DNA of 20,000 nucleotides from an uncultured virus (IMG/VR IMGVR_UViG_3300023240_000015) (IMGVR_UViG_3300023240_000015), one strand, 5' to 3'; shown: positions 1-7,867, counted from the first letter of the stretch. The notes: generated by a model not told the origin, from the sequence alone. Numbers and translations: made by a program.

Positions 1-686
1 GGGTTATAATTTTCTCTATATGGGTTTGTGCAACCCGCGATTGGTGGTCTATAACATTCTATAATTTTTCCATCTAAAGACTCATAATATATCTTAATAT
101 ATGATTGTGTATCACTTTGTGGATAAAGTTCTAAAAAATTACCAATAGGACATCCGTCATATAAATAATTGAATGGGTCATTTTCAGAATAAACTCTAAT
201 CCATGTAACGTTTTCGTGACACTTTCCTAGACCCCAACCCCCATTTTCATCAGGTCGTATATCACATACTAAAGATAATTGTAAAATATTGTTATTAGGT
301 GAAGATTCTCTAATTTGTCTAGCTAATTCACTATTAATGGTTAATGATGTGTCTCTATCACCGCCACCAGGATCATTATTAAGGTCTGCCACACCTATTA
401 AAACACCATTTCCTAATAATCTAAATCTAGCAGCGTTACATGAATGTCCACCTTGACAAGGCCCAGAGTTGTTAGAATATCTTACCTCTATTGTATAACC
501 ATCATAAAAAGACGTAGATTCTCCCGGTGATTCGAGAAGTCCTACTAATGCACACGAAAACGATTCTCGGGGGATCGGTTGGACTATATCAACATAACCA
601 ACGGAACAATCTGATATTTTCGATAATATAGGAAAATTCCCAGAGAATGATCTATTTCCTTTAGAAAATTGCTTGAGATAATCCAT
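1..686 (-). CDS. Hypothetical protein, 3' end outside the window (possibly virion-associated)
   Basis: ATG at 686 overlaps the TAA of the upstream gene. Manual translation begins MDYLKQFSKGNRSFSGNFPILSKISDCSVGY and no stop was met. It is absent from the ORF track, presumably because no stop lies in the window. Confidence 0.7.
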   Translation of the reverse strand, partial: MDYLKQFSKGNRSFSGNFPILSKISDCSVGYVDIVQPIPRESFSCALVGLLESPGESTSFYDGYTIEVRYSNNSGPCQGGHSCNAARFRLLGNGVLIGVADLNNDPGGGDRDTSLTINSELARQIRESSPNNNILQLSLVCDIRPDENGGWGLGKCHENVTWIRVYSENDPFNYLYDGCPIGNFLELYPQSDTQSYIKIYYESLDGKIIECYRPPIAGCTNPYRENYN

Positions 687-1375
687 TATAATATTCTATT
701 AAAAAATGCACCGAAATTTTCAAATGAAAGAAATTCATCTTCTTTATTTCTCAAAGTATCATATAATTTACCGAGATACCCACTATGCCGCAATTCTTTA
801 AATACTAAATTCCCTATGGAATATTCTCCAGAGTCTGCCAACCCCCGAGTTCTCATTTCTTTAATTTCTCTTCGAAGTATGGTTCCTTCGTCTAGTGATA
901 AATTTAGAGAAATTAATTCATCAATTCGGTCCTGATAATCTAATACGATATCTTTGATCTTATCACTACCCGATACGATATTACTAGGCATTGAAGGTTC
1001 TTGAATCCATGTATCGGTTAAAATGTCATATACACCTTTATTATCCAAAAGTTTTTCTTCCATCTTAATATTAAGTTCCAATAGATACCCACGAATGAAA
1101 ATGGAATGATGGCTGTTGAAAAGTTTAGAATACATGTTCAAATATTCCGTGGCAACATCTTCATAAGAACCAACAGGATCTACGATGATGTGTAAATCAA
1201 TATCGCTACTCGATCTCCAAACAAAAGATGCCAATGATCCAGTAAATAAAACATGTTTTACCTTGACATTGATTTTTAGGTCTGATACAATCCGTCTAGC
1301 TATAAATAATAGCTTTTCTTTAATTTCTGGTTGTAACTTTATACCATTCCAAAGTTTATCGTTGAGAGACTGCAT
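686..1375 (-). CDS. Pol-beta superfamily nucleotidyltransferase
   Basis: GS...S...SDIDLH motif (TGSLASFVWRSSSDIDLHII); TAAATA 5 nt upstream of the ATG. Confidence 0.8.
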   Translation of the reverse strand: MQSLNDKLWNGIKLQPEIKEKLLFIARRIVSDLKINVKVKHVLFTGSLASFVWRSSSDIDLHIIVDPVGSYEDVATEYLNMYSKLFNSHHSIFIRGYLLELNIKMEEKLLDNKGVYDILTDTWIQEPSMPSNIVSGSDKIKDIVLDYQDRIDELISLNLSLDEGTILRREIKEMRTRGLADSGEYSIGNLVFKELRHSGYLGKLYDTLRNKEDEFLSFENFGAFFNRIL

Positions 1376-1415
1376 AGAAATATTTACTTGATTACTACGA
1401 AAAATCTGCTATTTT

Positions 1416-1682
1416 GTGGAAATGAAGAAAAATATCGAAGAACAGAAAGAAATGGCTCTCAACTCTTTTAAATGGATCAAAGAACGAATTTCTGAATCAA
1501 ATACCAATTTGGAATTATTGCGCGAAAAATCTTCTGTAAATCAAGACTCCGATTTAATGGAAGTAGATGAGGATATAGACCAAGAAATTGAAGAAGCAAT
1601 GATCATATATAAAGAATTGGCCGATAGACTTGGTTTCGAAAAGAGAAACCTGAAAGTTTTGGGTGTTATTACTGGTATCTAG
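1416..1682 (+). CDS. Hypothetical acidic coiled-coil protein
   Basis: 88-aa ORF with protein-like composition; start may be ATG 1422. Confidence 0.6.
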   Translation: MEMKKNIEEQKEMALNSFKWIKERISESNTNLELLREKSSVNQDSDLMEVDEDIDQEIEEAMIIYKELADRLGFEKRNLKVLGVITGI

Positions 1683-1977
1683 AATCCCATTCGTTCTTCA
1701 GAGTTTCGGTAATTTCCGAAACCGTACGAAATTCTGCAATAGATTGAAGTTCAATCTTTTCCAAAAACCTTATATTGTTGAAATCTAGTTCGAGAACAAA
1801 CACCCAGTCGGATCGATCTTCGTAGATACGCTCTTCGAATCGACAATCGACAACATCAGCAATATTCAAACCACCTTTACCAAAAATTGTTACGGCTTGG
1901 TTTCTGAGAACGGTCAAATTTTCTAGGTTTAGAGGATCTGTGAAATTTGTGACATTGTAGACAATTTCTATTTGCAT
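1669..1977 (-). CDS. Hypothetical protein
   Basis: 102-aa ORF; TAAATA 6 nt upstream of the ATG. Confidence 0.65.
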   Translation of the reverse strand: MQIEIVYNVTNFTDPLNLENLTVLRNQAVTIFGKGGLNIADVVDCRFEERIYEDRSDWVFVLELDFNNIRFLEKIELQSIAEFRTVSEITETLKNEWDSRYQ

Positions 1978-2036
1978 ATATTATATTTAATATGATTTTT
2001 GTTGAATATCAAGAAAAATATGATAAATTATAGAAT

Positions 2037-2183
2037 ATGTCTGATAATAGAAAACATTCCGCTGGAAAGGGTGATTATCCTAGAAAAGTCAACCAAACCA
2101 AATATGGTAAGAATCATGATGAAATTTCATGGCCAAGTAAAAAGAAGGTTGACAAATCAATAAAAACGAAATATGATCGGTGA
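2037..2183 (+). CDS. Small basic phage protein (48 aa)
   Basis: MSDNRKHSAGKGDYPRKVNQTKYGKNHDEISWPSKKK...; the GKGD.PR...Y..N.D.I.W pattern resembles small phage proteins; below the ORF-track cutoff. Confidence 0.6.
   Translation: MSDNRKHSAGKGDYPRKVNQTKYGKNHDEISWPSKKKVDKSIKTKYDR
2149..2177 (+). promoter_or_regulatory. Sigma70-type promoter
   Basis: TTGACA-17 nt-TATGAT; favours ATG 2185 as the downstream start. Confidence 0.6.
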
Positions 2184-2184
2184 T

Positions 2185-2856
2185 ATGTTTAATAAATTTA
2201 CATTTAACCACAACAAAGACGTAAAAACATTCTTTGTGTCTGACACCCATTTTTGCCATGATCGAGATTTTATTTTAGGAAAACGAGGATTCTCCAACAT
2301 ATCTGAGCACGATATTGCGATAAAAAATCGATGGAATGATATCGTATCACCACAAGATAACGTGATACATTTGGGGGATTTTTTGGTTGGGGCCGGAAAT
2401 GATGCCTTTAAAAGAGGACAGGAAATTCTATTTTCTCTGAACGGACACATCCATTTTTTATGGGGAAATCATAATAGTTATGTCAAAGAAATATATCGAA
2501 TCTCCCTGAAAGAAAAAATTGGTGAATGTGATCTTACTACCGAAATGTATCCCATTACCTATCAAGACAAGATAACGTTTTATGGTAATAATCTTCTGGC
2601 TAAAATTAAAACCGAAAAAAACTCCCAATATATATTTTGTTCGCATTTTGCTCATCGCATATGGATAGATTCTCACAAAGGTTCTGTGTGGCATCTCAGT
2701 GGACACAGCCACGGTGTCGATGTCGAAAGTCAACCAGAATATCTCAACTCTTCTCGGTTAGATGTAGGTATCGAAAATTTTGGCGGTCCTGTGTCATTTG
2801 ATGATATCAAAGTAATAATGGACAAAAAAATGGATAAAAAAATAGATCATCATTGA
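2185..2856 (+). CDS. Calcineurin-like metallophosphoesterase
   Basis: Motifs SDTH, HLGD, GNHN, SH and GHSH. The ORF track starts at 2173, which lies inside the -10 box. Confidence 0.9.
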   Translation: MFNKFTFNHNKDVKTFFVSDTHFCHDRDFILGKRGFSNISEHDIAIKNRWNDIVSPQDNVIHLGDFLVGAGNDAFKRGQEILFSLNGHIHFLWGNHNSYVKEIYRISLKEKIGECDLTTEMYPITYQDKITFYGNNLLAKIKTEKNSQYIFCSHFAHRIWIDSHKGSVWHLSGHSHGVDVESQPEYLNSSRLDVGIENFGGPVSFDDIKVIMDKKMDKKIDHH

Positions 2857-2866
2857 TTATTAATAA

Positions 2867-3139
2867 ATGAAATTTATTATCTCGATTTTATGTGCATTTA
2901 TCGTTATGGGATGTTCGACTCCTAAATCGACATCTCGATTTTATGGTGATACTGATTACCAACAGAAATCATCGAAGACTCTTTATACTAGGATGGGAAC
3001 CGAATATCGCCTACAAATATATGAATTTAAATCTAAAAAAAATTCGGTGTTTGTGGGAGGATCGGTCGAAACAGGTTATGATATCTATCAACGTATGATG
3101 AAAATGAACGGAACGGTTAATGTTGGAATGGAATTTTAA
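2867..3139 (+). CDS. Putative lipoprotein
   Basis: MK + hydrophobic stretch + lipobox-like VMGC. Confidence 0.6.
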   Translation: MKFIISILCAFIVMGCSTPKSTSRFYGDTDYQQKSSKTLYTRMGTEYRLQIYEFKSKKNSVFVGGSVETGYDIYQRMMKMNGTVNVGMEF

Positions 3140-3140
3140 A

Positions 3141-3341
3141 ATGAAAACTATAAATAAATTATTAAACTTTTTTGGATATGCATTGATACCATATTCCGAA
3201 ATTGAATCAATGTATCGAGATGGTGAAATTTATGGGAATATCCATCCAGCAGAAAACGAAAGACTTTCTGGATATTTTAACGGTCTGGGAGATTATGCTT
3301 CTAAGAAATCTATGATATTAGATGAAAAATATTATCAATAA
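3141..3341 (+). CDS. Hypothetical protein
   Basis: ATG directly after the previous stop; MKTINKLLNFFGY... Confidence 0.55.
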   Translation: MKTINKLLNFFGYALIPYSEIESMYRDGEIYGNIHPAENERLSGYFNGLGDYASKKSMILDEKYYQ

Positions 3342-3377
3342 CCTTGACATATTTTTAAAATTATGAATAATTCAAAC

Positions 3378-3626
3378 ATGAAAAACCGCGAAACCTTATG
3401 GGTAATTTATCTGGAGAAAAACCCGAAGTTCATTCAACCAGATGCCCAAATTACCTTTACCCAAAAGGGTTTGAGACAGTTCTTCTAACGAACATTCGAC
3501 TATGCCTATAAAGCTGGTGTTGAATCTGCAATTGAAGACCCATCACCCCAATCATCTAAAAAGGATTATGATGATCTTTCGGGTGATAATTTTTTTAATC
3601 ATTTGTTCAAACGATATAAAAAATAA
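3378..3626 (+). pseudogene. Hypothetical gene interrupted by one in-frame TAA at 3486-3488
   Basis: MKNRETLW...GLRQFF*RTFDYAYKAG...KRYKK*; own TTGACA at 3344. Confidence 0.55.
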
Positions 3627-3739
3627 ATTGACATTTATCAAAAGATCTGAAAAACTTCAAACATGTTCACACTTCCACACAAATATCAACACCAATAAAA
3701 TAAGTTGACATAACCTATAAAATCTGATAATTTATCAAA

Positions 3740-4171
3740 ATGAAAACAATTAGAACCAGCACATTCGAAACAAATAGTTCATCGAGCCATTCTCTCACAA
3801 TTGGGACGAATATCGAAATGCCAAAGATAGATTATAATGGAGAACCTTTTGTAATCGAAAGTGGTGAATATGGTTGGGGATATAAAAGTTTTACCGATAT
3901 TTATAGCAAAATTTGTTACGTTGCTGTTGATGCAATGGAAACCGGAAACGAAAATCTTAAAAATTGGTTAGTCGAGATTCTTAAAGATGCATATCATTGT
4001 GGTGATGTAGTATTCGACTTCACCGTTGGTTGCGAATCTAATAAAAACTATACCTACATCGACCACCAATCGGTGGGAACCGCTCTCGAAGCATTTCAGA
4101 GCAAATCCGATCTAGAAAGATTTTTGTTTTCACCTACTAGCGAACTAATTATTAATAACGATAATCACTAA
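3740..4171 (+). CDS. Conserved phage hypothetical protein (IRxxxFETNSSSSHS N-terminus)
   Basis: N-terminal IRTSTFETNSSSSHSL and C-terminal YIDHQS, a pattern familiar from large phages. Confidence 0.75.
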   Translation: MKTIRTSTFETNSSSSHSLTIGTNIEMPKIDYNGEPFVIESGEYGWGYKSFTDIYSKICYVAVDAMETGNENLKNWLVEILKDAYHCGDVVFDFTVGCESNKNYTYIDHQSVGTALEAFQSKSDLERFLFSPTSELIINNDNH

Positions 4172-4257
4172 AACCAAACCATCCTAGAATAAGGTAATCT
4201 AGGATGATGATAAAGAAATTATTGACGACGATACGACACAATGATAAGTAATCGTTA

Positions 4258-4581
4258 ATGAACACAGATGATCTAGGAACAATTTACGAGTCCTCCGTTT
4301 TTAACGAGGGACTCGTTTCTAATGTTGGTAAGATCCTTAAAACCGGATTGGAACAGGGGTCTAACATTTTTGATATTGTTTCTAATAATCTTCAAGAGTT
4401 TATTTCGGTAATTGCTGTTGTGTCGGCAATGACCACGGCAATGAAATTTCAAACGATGTATCAAAACCGACCGGATATTTTGAAAAGTCATATTCATTAT
4501 GTTGAAGCAGCTAAAGATGAAGTGGCTCAATTTTTGGTAGATCATCCAGATATTGTTCAGATGTTGATTAAAAAGAGTTGA
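4258..4581 (+). CDS. Hypothetical protein (probable late gene)
   Basis: 107-aa ORF; TAAGTA at 4245-4250. Confidence 0.65.
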   Translation: MNTDDLGTIYESSVFNEGLVSNVGKILKTGLEQGSNIFDIVSNNLQEFISVIAVVSAMTTAMKFQTMYQNRPDILKSHIHYVEAAKDEVAQFLVDHPDIVQMLIKKS

Positions 4582-4626
4582 AAAATGATACACTCAAGTA
4601 TAAGTAAATAGAGAAGGACATATAAG

Positions 4627-4716
4627 ATGAAGTTAAGATCAAACACAACAATGCATAAACCGCAACCGATTATAGGTCGTTTAGGTTATTGTGTCGCTGA
4701 ATGGCTCTTTATGTAA
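4627..4716 (+). CDS. Putative leader peptide, 29 aa (MKLRSNTTMHKPQPIIGRLGYCVAEWLFM)
   Basis: AAGGA Shine-Dalgarno at 4614-4618; 19 different amino acids; stop immediately precedes alternative hairpins. Confidence 0.7.
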   Translation: MKLRSNTTMHKPQPIIGRLGYCVAEWLFM

Positions 4717-4718
4717 CA

Positions 4719-4757
4719 TCCCTGATTATAATCTAATAGTAGACGAATAATCGGGGA
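4719..4757 (+). promoter_or_regulatory. Putative antiterminator hairpin
   Basis: TCCCTGATTA (4719-4728) pairs with TAATCGGGGA (4748-4757), overlapping the terminator 5' arm. Confidence 0.65.
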
Positions 4758-4778
4758 ACCCAAAAGGTTCCCTTTTTT
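4754..4778 (+). terminator. Intrinsic terminator
   Basis: GGGAACC-CAAAA-GGTTCCC followed by TTTTTT. Confidence 0.85.
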
Positions 4779-4911
4779 GTTTTAGGAACCAAAAACTGAA
4801 AACAAAAAGAAAAAGTAAAAAAAATTTGACAATCTCTTAAAAATATGAGACAGTAAAGGGGTTGAAAGAAAAACAACAAAAACAATTTTTAGAACATTTT
4901 GAGAAGACTTA

Positions 4912-5160
4912 GTTAGCCTAGTTCACTTCTAGTGGCGGTAAGAACGGCGAAAAAACAATAATAAAGAAAATCGGACCTTGTGCCTCGAAAGCATATTGAA
5001 AAATGGTTTCCGATTCGTTCCAATAGGAATAGCCCCCAATTGACAGGAGATCTAAAAGATCTTGTGTGGTAATAATCTATGGGTAGAAGCATCAACTTCT
5101 ACTATAGAATAACCATCGTTCTAAATGTCTTGAAAAACTGATGAACATTAAGATGGTTAT
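4912..5160 (+). ncRNA. Putative structured RNA(s) of unknown family
   Basis: Non-coding; stems GAACG/CGTTC, AATCGGA/TCCGATT, AGATCT/AGATCT, GTAGAAG/CTTCTAC and TAACCATC/GATGGTTA. Confidence 0.4.
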
Positions 5161-5180
5161 TATATTAGCAGACTATGTAA

Positions 5181-5765
5181 ATGTCTGCACATTTTATGAA
5201 AAATCCATATCCAATTCACTATACTAGGGATGAGTATAGAAACGAATATCTAGTATCTCCCGATTGGAAGAAGAAGAGGCTTATTGTATTGGAAAGGGAT
5301 GAAGTATGTCGAATTTGTGATGTGACCGTTTCACATGATGTTCACCACATAACATATGACCGTATTCCGTTCGAGAATTTGGAGACCGATTTAATCGGAA
5401 TCTGTCGCCCTTGTCATAATAAGATTCATAGCTGGCATCTCTTAACTAAGTGCCGTAGCGTGAAAAAGATACGTTCACTTATTTCAATGATGAAGACTAA
5501 ATTCGAGATAGATGATTTATTCATCTCAAAAATGAATGGTTTACCGATAAATTCGAAGAAAAAGATGTCGAGTCTCTTTAAGAAGAATGTGCATTCCTTC
5601 GAATCTCTTCGTGGGGTTATGGTAACATTTAGAACTTACTTGGACATAAGAGACCTAATCAAAACAGCCCGTAAGAAGTTTAAATCAAAGAAGTTGGGGT
5701 TTAAGATCAATAAACCACAAAATTCTTTCTTAGGTCATGGTGGATGGAGTAGAAAAATTCTATAA
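5181..5765 (+). CDS. HNH endonuclease
   Basis: YLVSPDWKKKR..VLERD..CRIC...VHHITY....E...DL...CRPCHNKIH. Confidence 0.85.
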   Translation: MSAHFMKNPYPIHYTRDEYRNEYLVSPDWKKKRLIVLERDEVCRICDVTVSHDVHHITYDRIPFENLETDLIGICRPCHNKIHSWHLLTKCRSVKKIRSLISMMKTKFEIDDLFISKMNGLPINSKKKMSSLFKKNVHSFESLRGVMVTFRTYLDIRDLIKTARKKFKSKKLGFKINKPQNSFLGHGGWSRKIL

Positions 5766-5772
5766 TTAAAAT

Positions 5773-5845
5773 ATCCCTGCCAGCGGATTCTGGACAGATG
5801 CCTTCTAAGCAACTAGGGAAGGTTCGACTCCTTCTAGGGATACCA
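5773..5845 (+). tRNA. tRNA-Arg(TCT)
   Basis: Acceptor ATCCCTG/TAGGGAT, loop CTTCTAA, GGTTCGACTCC, CCA. Confidence 0.8.
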
Positions 5846-5861
5846 AATGTTAAATATCGTT

Positions 5862-5894
5862 TCGGCCCGATGATCTGGTAAACCAGAAGCCGAC
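5862..5894 (+). repeat. Hairpin repeat, copy 1
   Basis: ATCTGGTAAACCAGAAGCCGAC (5873-5894) is identical to 6108-6129. Confidence 0.85.
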
Positions 5895-5900
5895 ATTTTT

Positions 5901-5937
5901 GCCGTGGTCGCATAGTGGCCGATTGCACCTGTTTTTT
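5901..5937 (+). pseudogene. tRNA 5' half only (Thr-like acceptor; identity uncertain)
   Basis: GCCGTGG-TC-GCATAGTGGCCGATTGC-A-CCTGT then a T run; no matching 3' half found. Confidence 0.6.
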
Positions 5938-5938
5938 T

Positions 5939-6075
5939 ACCTACAGAGTTCGTCGATTAGTATGTAGGTGGCTGGAATAAACATCGACTCTGACGGAGAA
6001 TCTGATAGGTCAGAAATAGGTCTGACAATCCGTTGAAGCAACAACAAAAATCGCGATCAAAATGTTGCTAGGACT
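5939..6075 (+). ncRNA. Structured RNA with a pseudoknot and a group I intron-like P4-P6 segment
   Basis: ACCTACA/TGTAGGT crossed by GTCGAT/ATCGAC; GACGGA-GAA...GACAA-TCCGTT; AGCAACA/TGTTGCT. Confidence 0.45.
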
Positions 6076-6096
6076 TGTAAATTTGAAACTTGCGAA

Positions 6097-6129
6097 CGGC
6101 TCGCGTAATCTGGTAAACCAGAAGCCGAC
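6097..6129 (+). repeat. Hairpin repeat, copy 2
   Basis: CGGCT...TCTGG-TAAA-CCAGA-AGCCG. Confidence 0.85.
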
Positions 6130-6136
6130 TTTTTAC

Positions 6137-6210
6137 GCTTCCTTAGTTCACGCTGGCTAGAATTCCTCACTTGTAATGAGGGGAAGTCGGTTCGACACCG
6201 ACAGGAAGCT
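6137..6210 (+). tRNA. tRNA-Thr(TGT)
   Basis: GCTTCCT/AGGAAGC, CCTCA-CTTGTAA-TGAGG; no encoded CCA. Confidence 0.9.
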
Positions 6211-6917
6211 CATGATCGATTGCGTTTGCCACTCTTGTTAAGTCTCCTAAAGTTTGGAGTCAAACTATGACAATTTGGACAAATTAGTTCAAGGTTATCC
6301 TCAGAACAATTCAAAGCATCACCGTCAATATGGTTGACCTCCAAAGGAATAGATTTGCTAGTTGGGTTAATTTGACTCCAACCACATTTACAACATTTGT
6401 TTTCATATTTATCAAAAAGATATCTTCTTACGAATACTTTAATTCGGATAGTCTTTCCCGTCCACCCATTGATGGACCCATCTTTCCAATTACTAATCAA
6501 CTCTTGTTGTTTATATTTTCTTGTGCAAATCTGCGAACAAAATTTTCTTGGATTTTCCCTCTCGATGAAAGAAAATGAGTCTTTGCAATTCTCACAATTT
6601 TTTGTTTTAGTGTTAGTAATTTTTCTTAAATGGTTGTTGAAAGTTGCCGAACAAGACCTTGAACAGAAATTATTATCACCAATTTGGCTATTTTGGATAA
6701 TCCGACTTTCTCCGCAATTTTTACAAATAATAGACTTGGTGAGAGTCTTCGCTCGTCGTGAACACTCTACGGAACAAAAATCGACCCTTTTTGTCCCTTT
6801 CAATCCCCTTCGTGCTAGTGATATACTAACGAAAAAAGGTTTCTTACAATTTAAGCATTCGCATGGAACTTTTGAGCCGCGAACAACATCTGAAATATTT
6901 GGTACGAGCATCTTCAT
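6210..6917 (-). CDS. HNH homing endonuclease with CxxC...FCS zinc-ribbon repeats
   Basis: C-terminal LEVNHIDGDALNCSEDNLELICPNCHS. Start reassigned to ATG 6917 because TAAGTA lies 5 nt upstream and the longer ORF overlaps a tRNA. Confidence 0.85.
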   Translation of the reverse strand: MKMLVPNISDVVRGSKVPCECLNCKKPFFVSISLARRGLKGTKRVDFCSVECSRRAKTLTKSIICKNCGESRIIQNSQIGDNNFCSRSCSATFNNHLRKITNTKTKNCENCKDSFSFIERENPRKFCSQICTRKYKQQELISNWKDGSINGWTGKTIRIKVFVRRYLFDKYENKCCKCGWSQINPTSKSIPLEVNHIDGDALNCSEDNLELICPNCHSLTPNFRRLNKSGKRNRS

Positions 6918-6960
6918 ACTAATACTTACCCCGATTCCCCGTCTTGGCTCCATACAATTT

Positions 6961-7039
6961 GTCGCGGGAGTGAAACGGAATAATAATCCAAGTCTCATAA
7001 GCTTTGGGATAACAGGTTCGACTCCTGTCTGCGCCACCA
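6961..7039 (+). tRNA. tRNA with CAT anticodon (Met or Ile2)
   Basis: Loop CTCATAA, ACAGG-TTCGACT-CCTGT, CCA; one acceptor mismatch. Confidence 0.75.
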
Positions 7040-7065
7040 TTGATAATGATCGTTTACATTTATAT

Positions 7066-7161
7066 ATGGATAAGGCTAAGGTAGCCGGAAGGACTCCAAA
7101 TCCTTTGTGTCAAATCGGAAGAAATGACTACGATAAGATTCGATTTCTTATATCCATGCCA
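7066..7161 (+). tRNA. tRNA-Trp(CCA) with long variable region
   Basis: ATGGATA/TATCCAT, AAGGA-CTCCAAA-TCCTT, about 27-nt variable region, CCA. Confidence 0.75.
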
Positions 7162-7178
7162 TTTCAAAAACTTTATAT

Positions 7179-7265
7179 GTGGTTGCGCAGAAGTCGGAGA
7201 GTCTGACCTGCCTTTCAAGCAGTGTCCCTTATGGGAAGCGGGTTCGATTCCCGTCAGCCATGCCA
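7179..7265 (+). tRNA. tRNA-Glu(TTC) with long variable arm
   Basis: GTGGTTG/CAGCCAT, CTGC-CTTTCAA-GCAG, TCCC-TTAT-GGGA arm, CCA. Confidence 0.75.
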
Positions 7266-7349
7266 TTTCGATACTTTGCCTTAACAATGTGTAGTTATTA
7301 GTTTCTAGAAACTATCCGTATGTGTGCATACGGGTTGAATGTTTTTATG

Positions 7350-7425
7350 GTGGTATTAGTGTAGTGGTTTCGCACTTCTCTTTGTGAAAGAGACAGGATG
7401 ATTTCGAATATCATATACCACACCA
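7350..7425 (+). tRNA. tRNA-His(GTG)
   Basis: GTGGTAT/ATACCAC, TCTCT-TTGTGAA-AGAGA, CCA; G at position -1 (7349); discriminator A. Confidence 0.85.
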
Positions 7426-7670
7426 TTTTTCATTAATCTTATCTTGGATAATTTGGAAATATTTTAATGACGACAATTCAGTGAATTTCATCTGTTCGGT
7501 AGTGTTTATAACACACAATTCTATACCATCCTCGAAACATTTTTTGATTTTCGCGTATCATTTCTTTGAATATTTAACAATTTAGATTCCCCGTAGATGG
7601 GAGAGTAATGAAATATACCATTGATCTCAAAAGCCAAGTCTAATTTTTGGATGTAGATATCTAACTCTAT
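7421..7670 (-). pseudogene. Remnant of a Vsr/DUF559-like endonuclease C-terminus, frameshifted
   Basis: IELDIYIQKLDLAFEINGIFHYSPIYG...NDTRK / IKKCFEDGIELCVI; no start codon. Confidence 0.7.
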
Positions 7671-7693
7671 CGCTTAGAAAATTTTAGTATTAT

Positions 7694-7764
7694 TCCCTGT
7701 AGGTGTATCGGTTGCACATCTGGTTTTGGCCCAGACAGGCGTGGTTCGATTCCACGACGGGGAG
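7694..7764 (+). tRNA. tRNA-Gln(TTG)
   Basis: TCCCTGT/ACGGGGA, TCTGG-TTTTGGC-CCAGA. Confidence 0.8.
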
Positions 7765-7778
7765 CATTTTAGATTTTT

Positions 7779-7863
7779 GGGTGATTAAACTGTTAAGGAG
7801 GCAGTCGGGATTGTAAACCCCGCTCGTAATGATCGCAGGATTCGATTTCCTGATCACCCACCA
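7779..7863 (+). tRNA. tRNA-Tyr(GTA)
   Basis: GGGTGAT/ATCACCC, loop TTGTAAA, long variable arm, CCA. Confidence 0.85.
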
Positions 7864-7867
7864 TTTC

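Noticed and set aside
669..935. Short opposite-strand or alternate-frame ORFs over longer genes (669, 1185, 2157, 2458, 2892, 4273, 11048, 11167, 14774, 16153, 16199, 17641, 18348-18816)
   Set aside because: They are nested in better-supported genes and show no recognisable features.
5773..5845. Amber suppressor (CTA) implying a recoded genome
   Set aside because: The loop CTTCTAA centres on TCT, and standard-code ORFs are intact, some ending in TAG.
6397..7206. 269-aa + strand ORF
   Set aside because: It is an antisense shadow of the HNH gene that runs through tRNA genes and has no motifs.
7179..7265. Selenocysteine or opal-suppressor tRNA (long arm, TCA in loop)
   Set aside because: The loop CTTTCAA centres on TTC, and the acceptor is 7 bp rather than the extended Sec stem.
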